From Eledone cirrhosa (taxonomy: Eukaryota), in assembly GCA_964016885.1 (NCBI GenBank), contig OZ024740.1, forward strand, positions 251,658,001 through 251,722,000: DNA of 64,000 nt. Direction: 5' to 3'. The notes beneath the pieces were generated by a model. The model was given only the letters and a program-made list of their open reading frames with translations. It was not told where the DNA came from and ran no database searches. Of this stretch, positions 12,301-26,935 are shown piece by piece; the stretch's first letter is position 1; every line of letters starts with the position of its first letter. The position numbers were made by a program, and so were the translations under genes.

Positions 12301-13350
12301 TGGACGGCTGGAAATTATCTCCCCTTGATTTTTTTTACAAATTATCTCCCCCTGATTTTCTTTACAAATATCCCAGTGATTTTTTTTAAAAAATTATCTC
12401 CCCTTCGCTGGCTGGAAATTATCTCCCCTTGGACGCTGGAAATTATAGCCCCTTGGAGGGCTGGAAATTATCTTCCCTTGGACGGCTGGAAATTATCTCC
12501 CCTTGATTTTTTTTACAAATTATCTCCCCCTGATTTTTTTTTACAAATTATCTCCCCCTGATTTTTTTTACAAATTATCTCCCCCTGATTTTTTTTTACA
12601 ACTTATCTCCGCCTGATTTTTTTTAAAAAATCATCTCCCCTTGGACGGCTGGAAATTATCTCCCCTTGGACGGCTGGAAATTATCTCTCCTTGGACGGCT
12701 AGAAATTACCTCTCCTTGGACGGCTGAAAATTATCTCCCCTTGGACGGCTGGAAATTATCTCCCCTTGATTTTTTTTACAAATTATCTCCCCCTGATTTT
12801 TTTTTACAAATTATCTCCCCCTGATTTTTTTTACAAATTATCTCCCCCTGATTTTTTTACAAATTATCTCCCCTTGGCTGGCTGGAAATTATCTCCCCTT
12901 GGAGGCAGGAATTTATCTCCCCTTGGACGGCTAGAAATTACCTCTCCTTGGACGGCTGGAAAATATGTCTCCTTGGACGGCTGGAAATTATCTCCCCTTG
13001 GACGGCTGGAAATTATCTCCCCTTGGACGGCTGGAAATTATCTCCCCTTGGACGGCTAGAAATTACCTCTCCTTGGACGGCTGAAAATTATCTCCCCTTG
13101 GACGGCTGGAAATTATCTCCCCTTGATTTTTTTACAAATTATCTCCCCCTGATTTTTTTTTACAAATTATCTCCCCCTGATTTTTTTTTACAAATTATCT
13201 CCCACTGATTTTTTTTTACAAATTATCTCCCCCTGATTTTTTTTTTACAAATTATCTCCGCCTGATTTTTTAAAAAAAATTATCTCCCCTTGGACGGCTG
13301 GAAATTATCTCCCCTTGGACGGCTGGAAATTATCTCCCCTTGGACGGCTA
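9340..13350 (+). repeat. Tandem pair of about 2.05-2.1-kb higher-order units
   Basis: ORF offsets 2093 (10157/12250) and 2039 (10909/12948). The pair is carried again at about 37.0-41.0 kb and about 43.3-47.3 kb. Confidence 0.82.
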
Positions 13351-16300
13351 GAAATTACCTCTCATTGGACGGCTGGAAATTATCTCCCCTTGATTTTTTT
13401 TACAAATTATCTCCCCCTGATTTTTTTTACAAATTATCTCCCCCTGATTTTTTTTACAAATTATCTCCCCCTGATTTTTTTTTACAAATTATCTCCCCCT
13501 GATTTTTTTTACAAATTATCTCCCCCTGATTTTTTTTACAAATTATCTCCCCCTGATTTTTTTTACAAATTATCTCCCCCTGATTTTTTTTACAATCTCC
13601 GCCTGATTTTTTAAAAAATTATCTTCCCTTGGCTGGCGGGAAATTATCTCCCCTTGGACGGCTGGAAATTATCTCCCCTTGGACGGCTAGAAATTATCTC
13701 TCTTTGGACGGCTGGAAATTATCTCCCCTTGATTTTTTTTACAAATTATCTCCCCCTGATTTTTTTTACAAATTATCCCCGCATGATTTTTAAAAAAAAA
13801 ATTATCTCCCCTTCGCTGGCTGGAAATTATCTCCCCTTAATTTTTTTTACAAATTATCTCCCCCTGATTTTTTTTTACAAATTATCTCCCCCTGATTTTT
13901 TTTTACAAATTATCTCCCCCTGATTTTTTTTTTTACAAATTATCTCCGCCTGATTTTTAAAAAAAAATTATCTCCCCTTGGACGGCTGGAAATTATCTCC
14001 TCTTGGACGGCTGGAAATTATCTCCCCTTGGACGGCTAGAAATTACCTCTCCTTGGACGGCTGAAAATTATCTCCCCTTGGACGGCTGCAAATTATCTCC
14101 CCTTGATTTTTTTTACAAATTATCTCCCCCTGATTTTTTTTACAAATTATCTCCCCCTGATTTTTTTTACAAATTATCTCCCCCTGATTTTTTTTTACAA
14201 ATTATCTCCCCCTGATTTTTTTTTACAAATTATCTCCCCCTGATTTTTTTTACAAATTATCTCCCCCTGATTTTTTTTTACAAATTATCTCCCCCTGATT
14301 TTTTTTTACAAATTATCTCCCCTTGATTTTTTTTACAAATTATCTCCCCCTGATTTTTTTTTTACAAATTATCTCCCCCTGATTTTTTTACAAATTATCT
14401 CCCCCTGATTTTTTTTACAAATTATCTCCCCCTGATTTTTTTTACAAATTATCTCCCCTTGATTTTTTTTACAAATTATCTCCCCCTGATTTTTTTTTTA
14501 CAAATTATCTCCCCCTGATTTTTTTAAAAATTATCTTCCCTTGGCTGGCGGGAAATTATCTCCCCTTGGACGGCTGGAAATTATCTCCCCTTGGAAGGAT
14601 GTAAATTATCTCCCCTTGGACGGCTGGAAATTATCTCCCCTTGCACGGCTGGAAATTATCTCCCCTTGCACGGCTGGAAATTATCTCCCCTTGATTTTTT
14701 TTACAAATTATCTCCCCCTGATTTTTTTTTACAAATTATCTCCCCCTGATTTTTTTTTACAAATTATCTCCCCCTGATTTTTTTTACAAATTATCTCCCC
14801 TTGAATTTAAAAAAAAAAATTATCTCCCCTTCGCTGGCAGGAAATTATCTCCCCTTGGACGCTGGAAATTATAGCCCCTTGGAGGGCTGGAAATTATCTT
14901 CCCTTGGACGGCTGGAAATTATCTCCCCTTGATTTTTTTTACAAATTATCTCCCCCTGATTTTTTTTTACAAATTATCTCCCCCTGATTTTTTTTACAAA
15001 TTATCTACCCCTGATTTTTTTTACAAATTATCTCCCCCTGATTTTTTTTTACAAATTATCTCCCTCTGATTTTTTTTTACAAATTATCTCCCCCTGATTT
15101 TTTTTTTACAAATTATCTCCCCCTGATTTTTTTACAAATTATCTCCCCCTGATTTTTTTTACAATCTCCGCCTGATTTTTTAAAAAATTATCTTCCCTTG
15201 GCTGGCGGGAAATTATCTCCCCTTGGACGGCTGGAAATTATCTCCCCTTGGACGGCTAGAAATTATCTCTCTTTGGACGGCTGGAAATTATCTCCCCTTG
15301 ATTTTTTTTACAAATTATCTCCCCCTGATTTTTTTTACAAATTATCCCCGCATGATTTTTAAAAAAAAAATTATCTCCCCTTCGCTGGCTGGAAATTATC
15401 TCCCCTTGGACGCTGGAAATTATAGCCCCTTGGAGGGCTGGAAATTATCTTCCCTTGGACGGCTGGAAATTATCTCCCCTTGATTTTTTTTACAAATTAT
15501 CTCCCCCTGATTTTTTTTTACAAATTATCTCCCCCTGATTTTTTTTTACAAATTATCTCCCCCTGATTTTTTTTTTACAAATTATCTCCGCCTGATTTTT
15601 AAAAAAAAATTATCTCCCCTTGGACGGCTGGAAATTATCTCCCCTTGGACGGCTGGAAATTATCTCCCCTTGGACGGCTAGAAATTACCTCTCCTTGGAC
15701 GGCTGAAAATTATCTCCCCTTGGACGGCTGCAAATTATCTCCCCTTGATTTTTTTTACAAATTATCTCCCCCTGATTTTTTTTACAAATTATCTCCCCCT
15801 GATTTTTTTTACAAATTATCTCCCCCTGATTTTTTTTTACAAATTATCTCCCCCTGATTTTTTTTTACAAATTATCTCCCCCTGATTTTTTTTACAAATT
15901 ATCTCCCCCTGATTTTTTTTACAAATTATCTCCCCCTGATTTTTTTTTACAAATTATCTCCCCTTGATTTTTTTTTACAAATTATCTCCCCCTGATTTTT
16001 TTTTTACAAATTATCTCCCCCTGATTTTTTTACAAATTATCTCCCCCTGATTTTTTTTACAAATTATCTCCCCCTGATTTTTTTTACAAATTATCTCCCC
16101 TTGATTTTTTTTTACAAATTATCTCCCCCTGATTTTTTTTTTTAAAATTATCTCCCCCTGATTTTTTTAAAAATTATCTTCCCTTGGCTGGCGGGAAATT
16201 ATCTCCCCTTGGACGGCTGAAAATTATCTCCCATTGGACGGCTGCAAATTATCTCCCCTTGATTTTTTTTACAAATTATCTCCCCCTGATTTTTTTTACA

Positions 16301-19300
16301 AATTATCTCCCCCTGATTTTTTTTACAAATTATCTCCCCCTGATTTTTTTTACAAATTATCTCCCCCTGATTTTTAAAAAAAAAATTATCTCCTCTTCGC
16401 TGGCTGGAAATTATCTCCCCTTGGACGCTGGAAATTATAGCCCCTTGGAGGGCTGGAAATTATCTTCCCTTGGACGGCTGGAAATTATCTTCCCTTGGAC
16501 GGCTGGAAATTATCTCCCCTTGATTTTTTTTACAAATTATCTCCCCCTGATTTTTTTTACTAATTATCTCCCCTGATTTTTTTTTACAAATTATCTCCCC
16601 CTGATTTTTTTTTACAAATTATCTCCCCCTGATTTTTTTTACAAATTATCTCCCCCTGATTTTTTTACAAATTATCTCCCCTTGGCTGGCTGGAAATTAT
16701 CTCCCCTTGGAGGCAGGAATTTATCTCCCCTTGGACGGCTAGAAATTACCTCTCCTTGGACGGCTGGAAAATATGTCTCCTTGGACGGCTGGAAATTATC
16801 TCCACTTGGACGGCTGGAAATTATCTCCCCTTGGACGGCTGGAAATTATCTCCCCTTGGACGGCTAGAAATTACCTCTCCTTGGACGGCTGAAAATTATC
16901 TCCCCTTGGACGGCTGGAAATTATCTCCCCTTGATTTTTTTACAAATTATCTCACCCTGATTTTTTTTTACAAATTATCTCCCCCTGATTTTTTTTACAA
17001 ATTATCTCCCCCTGATTTTTTTTACAAATTATCTCCCCCTGATTTTTTTTACAAATTATCTCCGCCTGATTTTTTTAAATATTATCTCTCCTTGGCTGGC
17101 GGGAAATTATCTCCCCTTGGACGGCTGCAAATTATCTCCGCTTGATTTTTTTTACAAATTATCTCCCCCTGATTTTTTTTTACAAATTATCTCCCCCTGA
17201 TTTTTTTTGCAAATTATCTCCCCTGATTTTTTTTTACAAATTATCTCCCCCTGATTTTTTTTTACAAATTATCTCCCCCTGATTTTTTTTTTACAAATTA
17301 TCTCCCCCTGATTTTTTTACAAATTATCTCCCCCTGATTTTTTTTACAATCTCCGCCTGATTTTTTTAAAAATTATCTTCCCTTGGCTGGCGGGAAATTA
17401 TCTCCCCTTGGACGGCTGGAAATTATCTCCCCTTGGAAGGATGGAAATTATCTCCCCTTGGACGGCTGGAAATTATCTCCCCTTGCACGGCTGGAAATTA
17501 TCTCCCCTTGGCTGGAAATTATCTCCCCTTGGACGGCTAGAAATTATCTCTCTTTGGATGGCTGGAAATTATCTCTCTTTGATTTTTTTTACAAATTATC
17601 TCCCTCTGATTTTTTTTACAAATCTCCCCCTGATTTTTTTTTACAAATTATCTCCCCCTGATTTTTTTTACAAACTATCTCCCCCTGATTTTTTTACAAA
17701 TTATCTCCCCTTGGCTGGCTGGAAATTATCTCCCCTTGGAGGCTGGAATTTATCTCCCCTTGGACGGCTAGAAATTACCTCTCCTTGGACGGCTGGAAAA
17801 TATGTCTCCTTGGACGGCTGGAAATTATCTCCCCTTGGACGGCTGGAAATTACCTCTCCTTGGACGGCTGAAAATTATCTCCCCTTGGACGGCTGGAAAT
17901 TATCTCCCCTTGATTTTTTTACAAATTATCTCCCCCTGATTTTTTTTTTACAAATTATCTCCCCCTGATTTTTTTTACAAATTATCTACGCCTGATTTTT
18001 TTAAATATTATCTCTCCTTGGCTGGCGGGAAATTATCTCCCCTTGGAAGGATGGAAATTATCTCCCCTTGGACGGCTGGAAATTATCTCCCCTTGGACGG
18101 CTAGAAATTATCTCTCCTTGGACGGCTGAAAATTATCTCCCCTTGGACGGCTGCAAATTATCTCCCCTTGATTTTTTTTACAAATTATCTCCCCCTGATT
18201 TTTTTTTACAAATTATCTCCCCCTGATTTTTTTTACAAATTATCTCCCCCTGATTTTTTTTTACAAATTATCTCCCCCTGATTTTTTTTTACAAATTATC
18301 TACCCCTGATTTTTTTACAAATTATCTCCCCCTGAATTTTTTTACAAATTATCTCCCCCTGATTTTTCTTTTACAAATTATCTCCCCCTGATTTTTTTAC
18401 AAATTATCTCCCCCTGATTTTTTTTACAAATTATCTCCGCCTGATTTTTTTAAATATTATCTTCCCTTGGACGGCTGGAAATTATCTCCCCTTGGCTGGA
18501 AATTATCTCCCCTTGGACGGCTAGAAATTATCTCTCTTTGGACGGCTGGAAATTATCTCCCCTTGATTTTTTTTACAAATTATCTCCCCCTGATTTTTTT
18601 TACAAATCTCCCAGTGATTTTTTTAATAAAATTATCTCCCCTTCGCTGGCTGGAAATTATCTCCCCTTGGACGCTGGAAATTATAGCCCCTTGGAGGGCT
18701 GGAAATTATCTTCCCTTGGACGGCTGGAAATTATCTTCTCTTGATTTTTTTTACAAATTATCTCCCCCTGATTTTTTTTTACAAATTATCTCCCCCTGAT
18801 TTTGTTTTACAAATTATCTCCGCCTGATTTTTTTAAAAAAATTATCTCCCCTTGGACGGCTGGAAATTATCTCCCCTTGGACGGCTGGAAATTATCTCTC
18901 CTTGGACGGCTAGAAATTACCTATCCTTGGACGGATGAAAATTATCTCCCCTTGGACGGCTGGAAATTAACTCCCCTTGATTTTTTTTACAAATTATCTC
19001 CCCCTGATTTTTTTTACAAATTATCTCCCCCTGATTTTTTTTTACAAATTATCTCCCCCTGATTTTTTTTTACAAATTATCTCCCCCTGATTTTTTTTAC
19101 AAATTATCTCCCCCTGATTTTTTTACAAATTATCTCCCCTTGGCTGGCTGGAAATTATCTCCCCTTGGAGGCTGGAATTTATCTCCCCTTGGACGGCTAG
19201 AAATTACCTCTCCTTGGACGGCTGGAAAATATGTCTCCTTGGACGGCTGGAAATTATCTCCCCTTGGACGGCTGGAAATTATCTCCCCTTGGACGGCTGG

Positions 19301-20869
19301 AAATTATCTGCCCTTGGATGGCTAGATATTACCTCCCCTTGGACGGCTGGAAATTATCTCCCCTTGATTTCTTTTACAAATTATCTCCCCCTGATTTTTT
19401 TTTACAAATTATCTCCCCCTGATTTTTTTTTAAAAATTATCTCCCGTTGGACGGCTGGAAATTATCTCCCCTTGGACGGCTGGAAATTATCTCCCCTTGG
19501 ACGGCTAGAAATTACCTCTCCTTGGACGGCTGAAAATTATCTCCCCTTGGACGGCTGGAAATTATCTCCCCTTGATTTTTTTACAAATTATCTCCCCCTG
19601 ATTTTTTTTTACAAATTATCTCCCCCTGATTTTTTTTACAAATTATCTCCCCCTGATTTTTTTTACAAATTATCTCCCCCTGATTTTTTTTACAGATTAT
19701 CTCCGCCTGATTTTTTTAAATATTATCTCTCCTTGGCTGGCGGGAAATTATCTCCCCTTGGACGGCTGGAAATTATCTCCCCTTGATTTTCTTTTTACAA
19801 ATTATCTCCCCCTGATTTTTCTTTTACAAATTATCTCCCCCTGATTTTTTTACAAATTATCTCCGCCTGATTTTTTTAAATATTATCTTCCCTTGGCTGG
19901 CGGGAAATGATCTCCCCTTGGACGGCTGGAAATTATCTGCCCTTGATTTTCTTTTTACAAATTATCTTCCACTGATTTTTTTTTACAAATTATCTCCACC
20001 TGATTTTTTAAAAAATTATCTCCCCTTGGAAGGCTGGAAATTATCTCCCCTTGGACGGCTAGAAATTATCTCTCTTTGGAAGGCTGGAAATTATCTCCCC
20101 TTGATTTTTTTTACAAATTATCTCCCCCTGATTTTTTTTACAAATATCCCAGTGATTTTTTTAAAAAAATTATCTCCCCTTCGCTGGCTGGAAATTATCT
20201 CCCCTTGGACGCTGGAAATTATAGCCCCTTGGAGGGCTGGAAATTATCTTCCCTTGGACGGCTGGAAATTATCTCCCCTTGATTTTTTTTACAAATTATC
20301 TCCCCCTGATTTTTTTTTACAAATTATCTCCCCCTGATTTTTTTTTACAACTTATCTCCGCCTGATTTTTTTAAAAAAATCATCTCCCCTTGGACGGCTG
20401 GAAATTATCTCCCCTGGGACGGCTGGAAATTATCTCTCCTTGGACGGCTAGAAATTACCTCTCCTTGGACAATTGAAAATTATCTCCCCTTGGACGGCTG
20501 GAAATTATCTCCCCTTGATTTTTTTTACAAATTATCTCCCCCTGATTTTTTTTACAAATTATCTCCCCTGATTTTTTTTTACAAATTATCTCCCCCTGAT
20601 TTTTTTTTACAAATTATCTCCCCCTGATTTTTTTTACAAATTATCTCCCCCTGATTTTTTTACAAATTATCTCCCCTTGGCTGGCTGGAAATTATCTCCC
20701 CTTGGAGGCAGGAATTTATCTCCCCTTGGACGGCTAGAAATTACCTCTCCTTGGACGGCTGGAAAATATGGTTCCTTGGACGGCTGGAAATTATCTCCCC
20801 TTGGACGGCTGGAAATTATCTCCCCTTGGACGGCTGGAAATTATCTCCCCTTGGACGGCTAGAAATTAC

Positions 20870-21878
20870 CTCTCCTTGGCTGGCGGGAAATTATCTCCCC
20901 TTGGACGGCTGCAAATTATCTCCGCTTGATTTTTTTTACAAATTATCTCCCCCTGATTTTTTTTTACAAATTATCTCCCCCTGATTTTTTTTACAAATTA
21001 TCTCCCCTGATTTTTTTTTACAAATTATCTCCCCCTGATTTTTTTTTACAAATTATCTCCCCCTGATTTTTTTTTTACAAATTATCTCCCCCTGATTTTT
21101 TTACAAATTATCTCCCCCTGATTTTTTTTACAATCTCCGCCTGATTTTTTTAAAAATTATCTTCCCTTGGCTGGCGGGAAATTATCTCCCCTTGGACGGC
21201 TGGAAATTATCTCCCCTTGGAAGGATGGAAATTATCTCCCCTTGGACGGCTGGAAATTATCTCCCCTTGCACGGCTGGAAATTATCTCCCCTTGGCTGGA
21301 AATTATCTCCCCTTGGACGGCTAGAAATTATCTCTCTTTGGATGGCTGGAAATTATCTCCCTTTGATTTTTTTTACAAATTATCTCCCTCTGATTTTTTT
21401 TACAAATCTCCCCCTGATTTTTTTTTACAAATTATCTCCCCCTGATTTTTTTTACAAACTATCTCCCCCTGATTTTTTTACAAATTATCTCCCCTTGGCT
21501 GGCTGGAAATTATCTCCCCTTGGAGGCTGGAATTTATCTCCCCTTGGACGGCTAGAAATTACCTCTCCTTGGACGGCTGGAAAATATGTCTCCTTGGACG
21601 GCTGGAAATTATCTCCCCTTGGACGGCTGGAAATTACCTCTCCTTGGACGGCTGAAAATTATCTCCCCTTGGACGGCTGGAAATTATCTCCCCTTGATTT
21701 TTTTACAAATTATCTCCCCCTGATTTTTTTTTTACAAATTATCTCCCCCTGATTTTTTTTACAAATTATCTACGCCTGATTTTTTTAAATATTATCTCTC
21801 CTTGGCTGGCGGGAAATTATCTCCCCTTGGAAGGATGGAAATTATCTCCCCTTGGACGGCTGGAAATTATCTCCCCTT
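20870..21878 (+). repeat. About 1-kb copy of about 17,086-18,094 (offset 3784)
   Basis: ORF pairs 17383/21167 and 17408/21192. Shared variants are TTTGGATGGCTGG, ACAAACTATCT and CTACGCCTGA. Confidence 0.85.
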
Positions 21879-24339
21879 GCACTGCTGGAAATTATCTCAC
21901 CTTGGACGGCTGGAAATTATCTGCCCTTGATTTTGTTTTTACAAATTATCTTCCCCTGATTATTTTTACAAATTATCTCCACCTGATTTTTTAAAAAATT
22001 ATCTCCCCTTGGACGGCTGGAAATTATCTCCCCTTGGCTGGAAATTATCTCCCCTTGGACGGCTAGAAATTATCTCTCTTTGGACGGCTGGAAATTATCT
22101 CCCCTTGATTTTTTTTACAAATTATCTCCCCCTGATTTTTTTTACAAATTATCCCCCCATGATTTTTAAAAAAAAAATTATCTCCCCTTCGCTGGCTGGA
22201 AATTATCTCCCCTTGGACGCTGGAAATTATAGCCCCTTGGAGGGCTGGAAATTATCTTCCCTTGGACGGCTGGAAATTATCTCCCCTTGATTTTTTTTAC
22301 AAATTATCTCCCCCTGATTTTTTTTTACAAATTATCTCCCCCTAATTTTTTTAAAAAAATTATCTCCCCTTGGACGGCTGGAAATTATCTCCCCTTGGAC
22401 GGCTGGAAATTATCTCCCCTTGGACGGCTAGAAATTACCTCTCCTTGGACGGCTGAAAATTATCTCCCCTTGGACGGCTGCAAATTATCTCCCCTTGATT
22501 TTTTTTACAAATTATCCCCCCATGATTTTAAAAAAAAAAATTATCTCCCCTTCGCTGGCTGGAAATTATCTCCCCTTGGACGCTGGAAATTATAGCCCCT
22601 TGGAGGGCTGGAAATTATCTTCCCTTCGACGGCTGGAAATTATCTCCCCTTGATTTTTTTTACAAATTATCTCCCCCTGATTTTTTTTTACAAATTATCT
22701 CCCACTGATTTTTTTTTACAAATTATCTCCCCCTGATTTTTTTTTTACAAATTATCTCCGCCTGATTTTTTAAAAAAAATTATCTCCCCTTGGACGGCTG
22801 GAAATTATCTCCCCTTGGACGGCTGGAAATTATCTCCCCTTGGACGGCTAGAAATTACCTCTCCTTGGACGGCTGAAAATTATCTCCCCTTGGACGGCTG
22901 CAAATTATCTCCCCTTGATTTTTTTTACAAATTATCTCCCCCTGATTTTTTTTACAAATTATCTCCCCCTGATTTTTTTTACAAATTATCTCCCCCTGAT
23001 TTTTTTTTACAAATTATCTCCCCCTGATTTTTTTTTACAAATTATCTCCCCCTGATTTTTTTTACAAATTATCTCCCCCTGATTTTTTTTACAATCTCCG
23101 CCTGATTTTTTAAAAAATTATCTTCCCTTGGCTGGCGGGAAATTATCTCCCCTTGGACGGCTGGAAATTATCTCCCCTTGGACGGCTAGAAATTATCTCT
23201 CTTTGGACGGCTGGAAATTATCTCCCCTTGATTTTTTTTACAAATTATCTCCCCCTGATTTTTTTTACAAATTATCCCCGCATGATTTTTAAAAAAAAAA
23301 TTATCTCCCCTTCGCTGGCTGGAAATTATCTCCCCTTGGACGCTGGAAATTATAGCCCCTTGGAGGGCTGGAAATTATCTTCCCTTGGACGGCTGGAAAT
23401 TATCTCCCCTTGATTTTTTTTACAAATTATCTCCCCCTGATTTTTTTTTACAAATTATCTCCCCCTGATTTTTTTTTACAAATTATCTCCCCCTGATTTT
23501 TTTTTTTACAAATTATCTCCGCCTGATTTTAAAAAAAAAATTATCTCCCCTTGGACGGCTGGAAATTATCTCCCCTTGGACGGCTGGAAATTATCTCCCC
23601 TTGGACGGCTAGAAATTACCTCTCCTTGGACGGCTGAAAATTATCTCCCATTGGACGGCTGCAAATTATCTCCCCTTGATTTTTTTTACAAATTATCTCC
23701 ACCTGATTTTTTTTACAAATTATCTCCCCCTGATTTTTTTTACAAATTATCTCCCCCTGATTTTTTTTTACAAATTATCTCCCCCTGATTTTTTTTTACA
23801 AATTATCTCCCCCTGATTTTTTTTACAAATTATCTCCCCCTGATTTTTTTTACAAATTATCTCCCCCTGATTTTTTTTTACAAATTATCTCCCCTTGATT
23901 TTTTTTTACAAATTATCTCCCCCTGATTTTTTTTTTACAAATTATCTCCCCCTGATTTTTTTACAAATTATCTCCCCCTGATTTTTTTTACAAATTATCT
24001 CCCCTTGATTTTTTTTTACAAATTATCTCCCCCTGATTTTTTTTTTACAAATTATCTCCCCCTGATTTTTTTTAAAATTATCTTCCCTTGGCTGGCGGGA
24101 AATTATCTCCCCTTGGACGGCTGGAAATTATCTCCCCTTGGAAGGATGTAAATTATCTCCCCTTGGACGGCTGGAAATTATCTCCCCTTGCACGGCTGGA
24201 AATTATCTCCCCTTGATTTTTTTTACAAATTATCTCCCCGATTTTTTTTTACAAATTATCTCCCCCTGATTTTTTTTTACAAATTATCTCCCCCTGATTT
24301 TTTTTACAAATTATCTCCCCCTGATTTAAAAAAAAAAAA

Positions 24340-26935
24340 TTATCTCCTCTTCGCTGGCTGGAAATTATCTCCCCTTGGACGCTGGAAATTATAGCCCCTT
24401 GGAGGGCTGGAAATTATCTTCCCTTGGACGGCTGGAAATTATCTTCCCTTGGACGGCTGGAAATTATCTCCCCTTGATTTTTTTTACAAATTATCTCCCC
24501 CTGATTTTTTTTTACAAATTATCTCCCCCTGATTTTTTTTTACAAATTATCTCCCCCTGATTTTTTTTTTACAAATTATCTCCGCTTGATTTTTAAAAAA
24601 AAATTATCTCCCCTTGGACGGCTGGAAATTATCTCCCCTTGGACGGCTGGAAATTATCTCCCCTTGGACGGCTAGAAATTATCTCTCCTTGGACGGCTGA
24701 AAATTATCTCCCCTTGGACGGCTGCAAATTATCTCCCCTTGATTTTTTTTACAAATTATCTCCCCCTGATTTTTTTTTACAAATTATCTCCCCCTCATTT
24801 TTTTTACAAATTATCTACCCCTGATTTTTTTTACAAATTATCTCCCCCTGATTTTTTTTTACAAATTATCTCCCTCTGATTTTTTTTTACAAATTATCTC
24901 CCCCTGATTTTTTTTTTACAAATTATCTCCCCCTGATTTTTTTAAAAATTATCTCCCCCTGATTTTTTTACAATCTCCGCCTGATTTTTTTAAAAATTAT
25001 CTTCCCTTGGCTGGCGGGAAATTATCTCCCCTTGGACGGCTGGAAATTATCTCCCCTTGGAAGGATGGAAATTATCTCCCCTTGGACGGCTGGAAATTAT
25101 CTCCCCTTGCACGGCTGGAAATTATCTCCCCTTGGCTGGAAATTATCTCCCCTTGGACGGCTAGAAATTATCTCTCTTTGGACGGCTGGAAATTATGTCC
25201 CTTTGATTTTTTTTATAAATTATCTACCTCTGATATTTTTTACAAATCTCCCCCTGATTTTTAAAAAAAAATTATCTCCCCTTCGCTGGCTGGAAATTAT
25301 CTCCCCTTGGACACTGGAAATTATAGCCCCTTGGAGGGCTGGAAATTATCTTCCCTTGGACGGCTGGAAATTATCTCCCCTTGATTTTTTTTACAAATTA
25401 TCTCCGCCTGATTTTTTTTAAAAATTATCTCTCCTTGGACGGCTGGAAATTATCTCCCCTTGATTTTTTTTACAAATTATCTCCCCCTGATTTTTTTTTA
25501 CAAATTATCTCCCCCTAATTTTTTTTTACAAATTATCTACCCCTGATTTTTTTTACAAATTATCTCCCCCTGATTTTTTTTACAAATTATCTCCCCCTGA
25601 TTTTTCTTTTACAAATTATCTCCCCCTGATTTTTTTACAAATTATCTCCCCCTGATTTTTTTTACAAATTATCTCCGCCTGATTTTTTTAAATATTATCT
25701 TCCCTTGGCTGGCGGGAAATTATCTCCCCTTGGACGGCTGGAAATTATCTGCCCTTGATTTTGTTTTTACAAATTATCTTCCACTGATTTTTTTTACAAA
25801 TTATCTCCACCTGATTTTTTTAAAAAATTATCTCCCCTTGGAAGGCTGGAAATTATCTCCCCTTGGACGGCTAGAAATTATCTCTCTTTGGACGGCTGGA
25901 AATTATCTCCCCTTGATTTTTTTTACAAATTATCTCCCCCTGATTTTTTTTACAAATATCCCAGTGATTTTTTTTAAAAAATTATCTCCCCTTCGCTGGC
26001 TGGAAATTATCTCCCCTTGGACGCTGGAAATTATAGCCCCTTGGAGGGCTGGAAATTATCTTCCCTTGGACGGCTGGAAATTATCTCCCCTTGATTTTTT
26101 TTACAAATTATCTCCCCCTGATTTTTTTTTTCAAATTATCTCCCCCTGATTTTTTTTTACAAATTATCTCCCCCTGATTTTTTTTACAACTTATCTCCGC
26201 CTGATTTTTTTTTAAAAAATCATCTCCCCTTGGACGGCTGGAAATTATCTCCCCTTGGACGGCTGGAAATTATCTCTCCTTGGACGGCTAGAAATTACCT
26301 CTCCTTGGACAATTGAAAATTATCTCCCCTTGGACGGCTGGAAATTATCTCCCCTTGATTTATTTTACAAATTATCTCCCCCTGATTTTTTTTACAAATT
26401 ATCTCCCCTGATTTTTTTTTACAAATTATCTCCCCCTGATTTTTTTTTACAAATTATCTCCCCCTGATTTTTTTTACAAATTATCTCCCCCTGATTTTTT
26501 TACAAATTATCTCCCCTTGGCTGGCTGGAAATTATCTCCCCTTGGAGGCAGGAATTTATCTCCCCTTGGACGGGTAGAAATTACCTCTCCTTGGACGGCT
26601 GGAAAATATGTCTCCTTGGACGGCTGGAAATTATCTCCCCTTGGACGGCTGGAAATTATCTCCCCTTGGACGGCTGGAAATTATCTCCCCTTGGACGGCT
26701 AGAAATTACTTCTCCTTGGACGGCTGAAAATTATCTCCCCTTGGACGGCTGGAAATTATCTCCCCTTGATTTTTTTACAAATTATCTCCCCCTGATTTTT
26801 TTTTACAAATTATCTCCCCCTGATTTTTTTTACAAATTATCTCCCCCTGATTTTTTTTACAAATTATCTCCCCCTGATTTTTTTTACAAATTATCTCCGC
26901 CTGATTTTTTTAAATATTATCTCTCCTTGGCTGGC
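24340..26935 (+). repeat. Additional copy of about 4,420-6,960 (offset about 19.9-20.0 kb)
   Basis: ORF offsets 4694/24639, 5060/25007 and 6613/26591. Shared variants are CCCCCTCATT, GGACACTGG, TGATATTTT and GGACAATTG. Confidence 0.82.
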
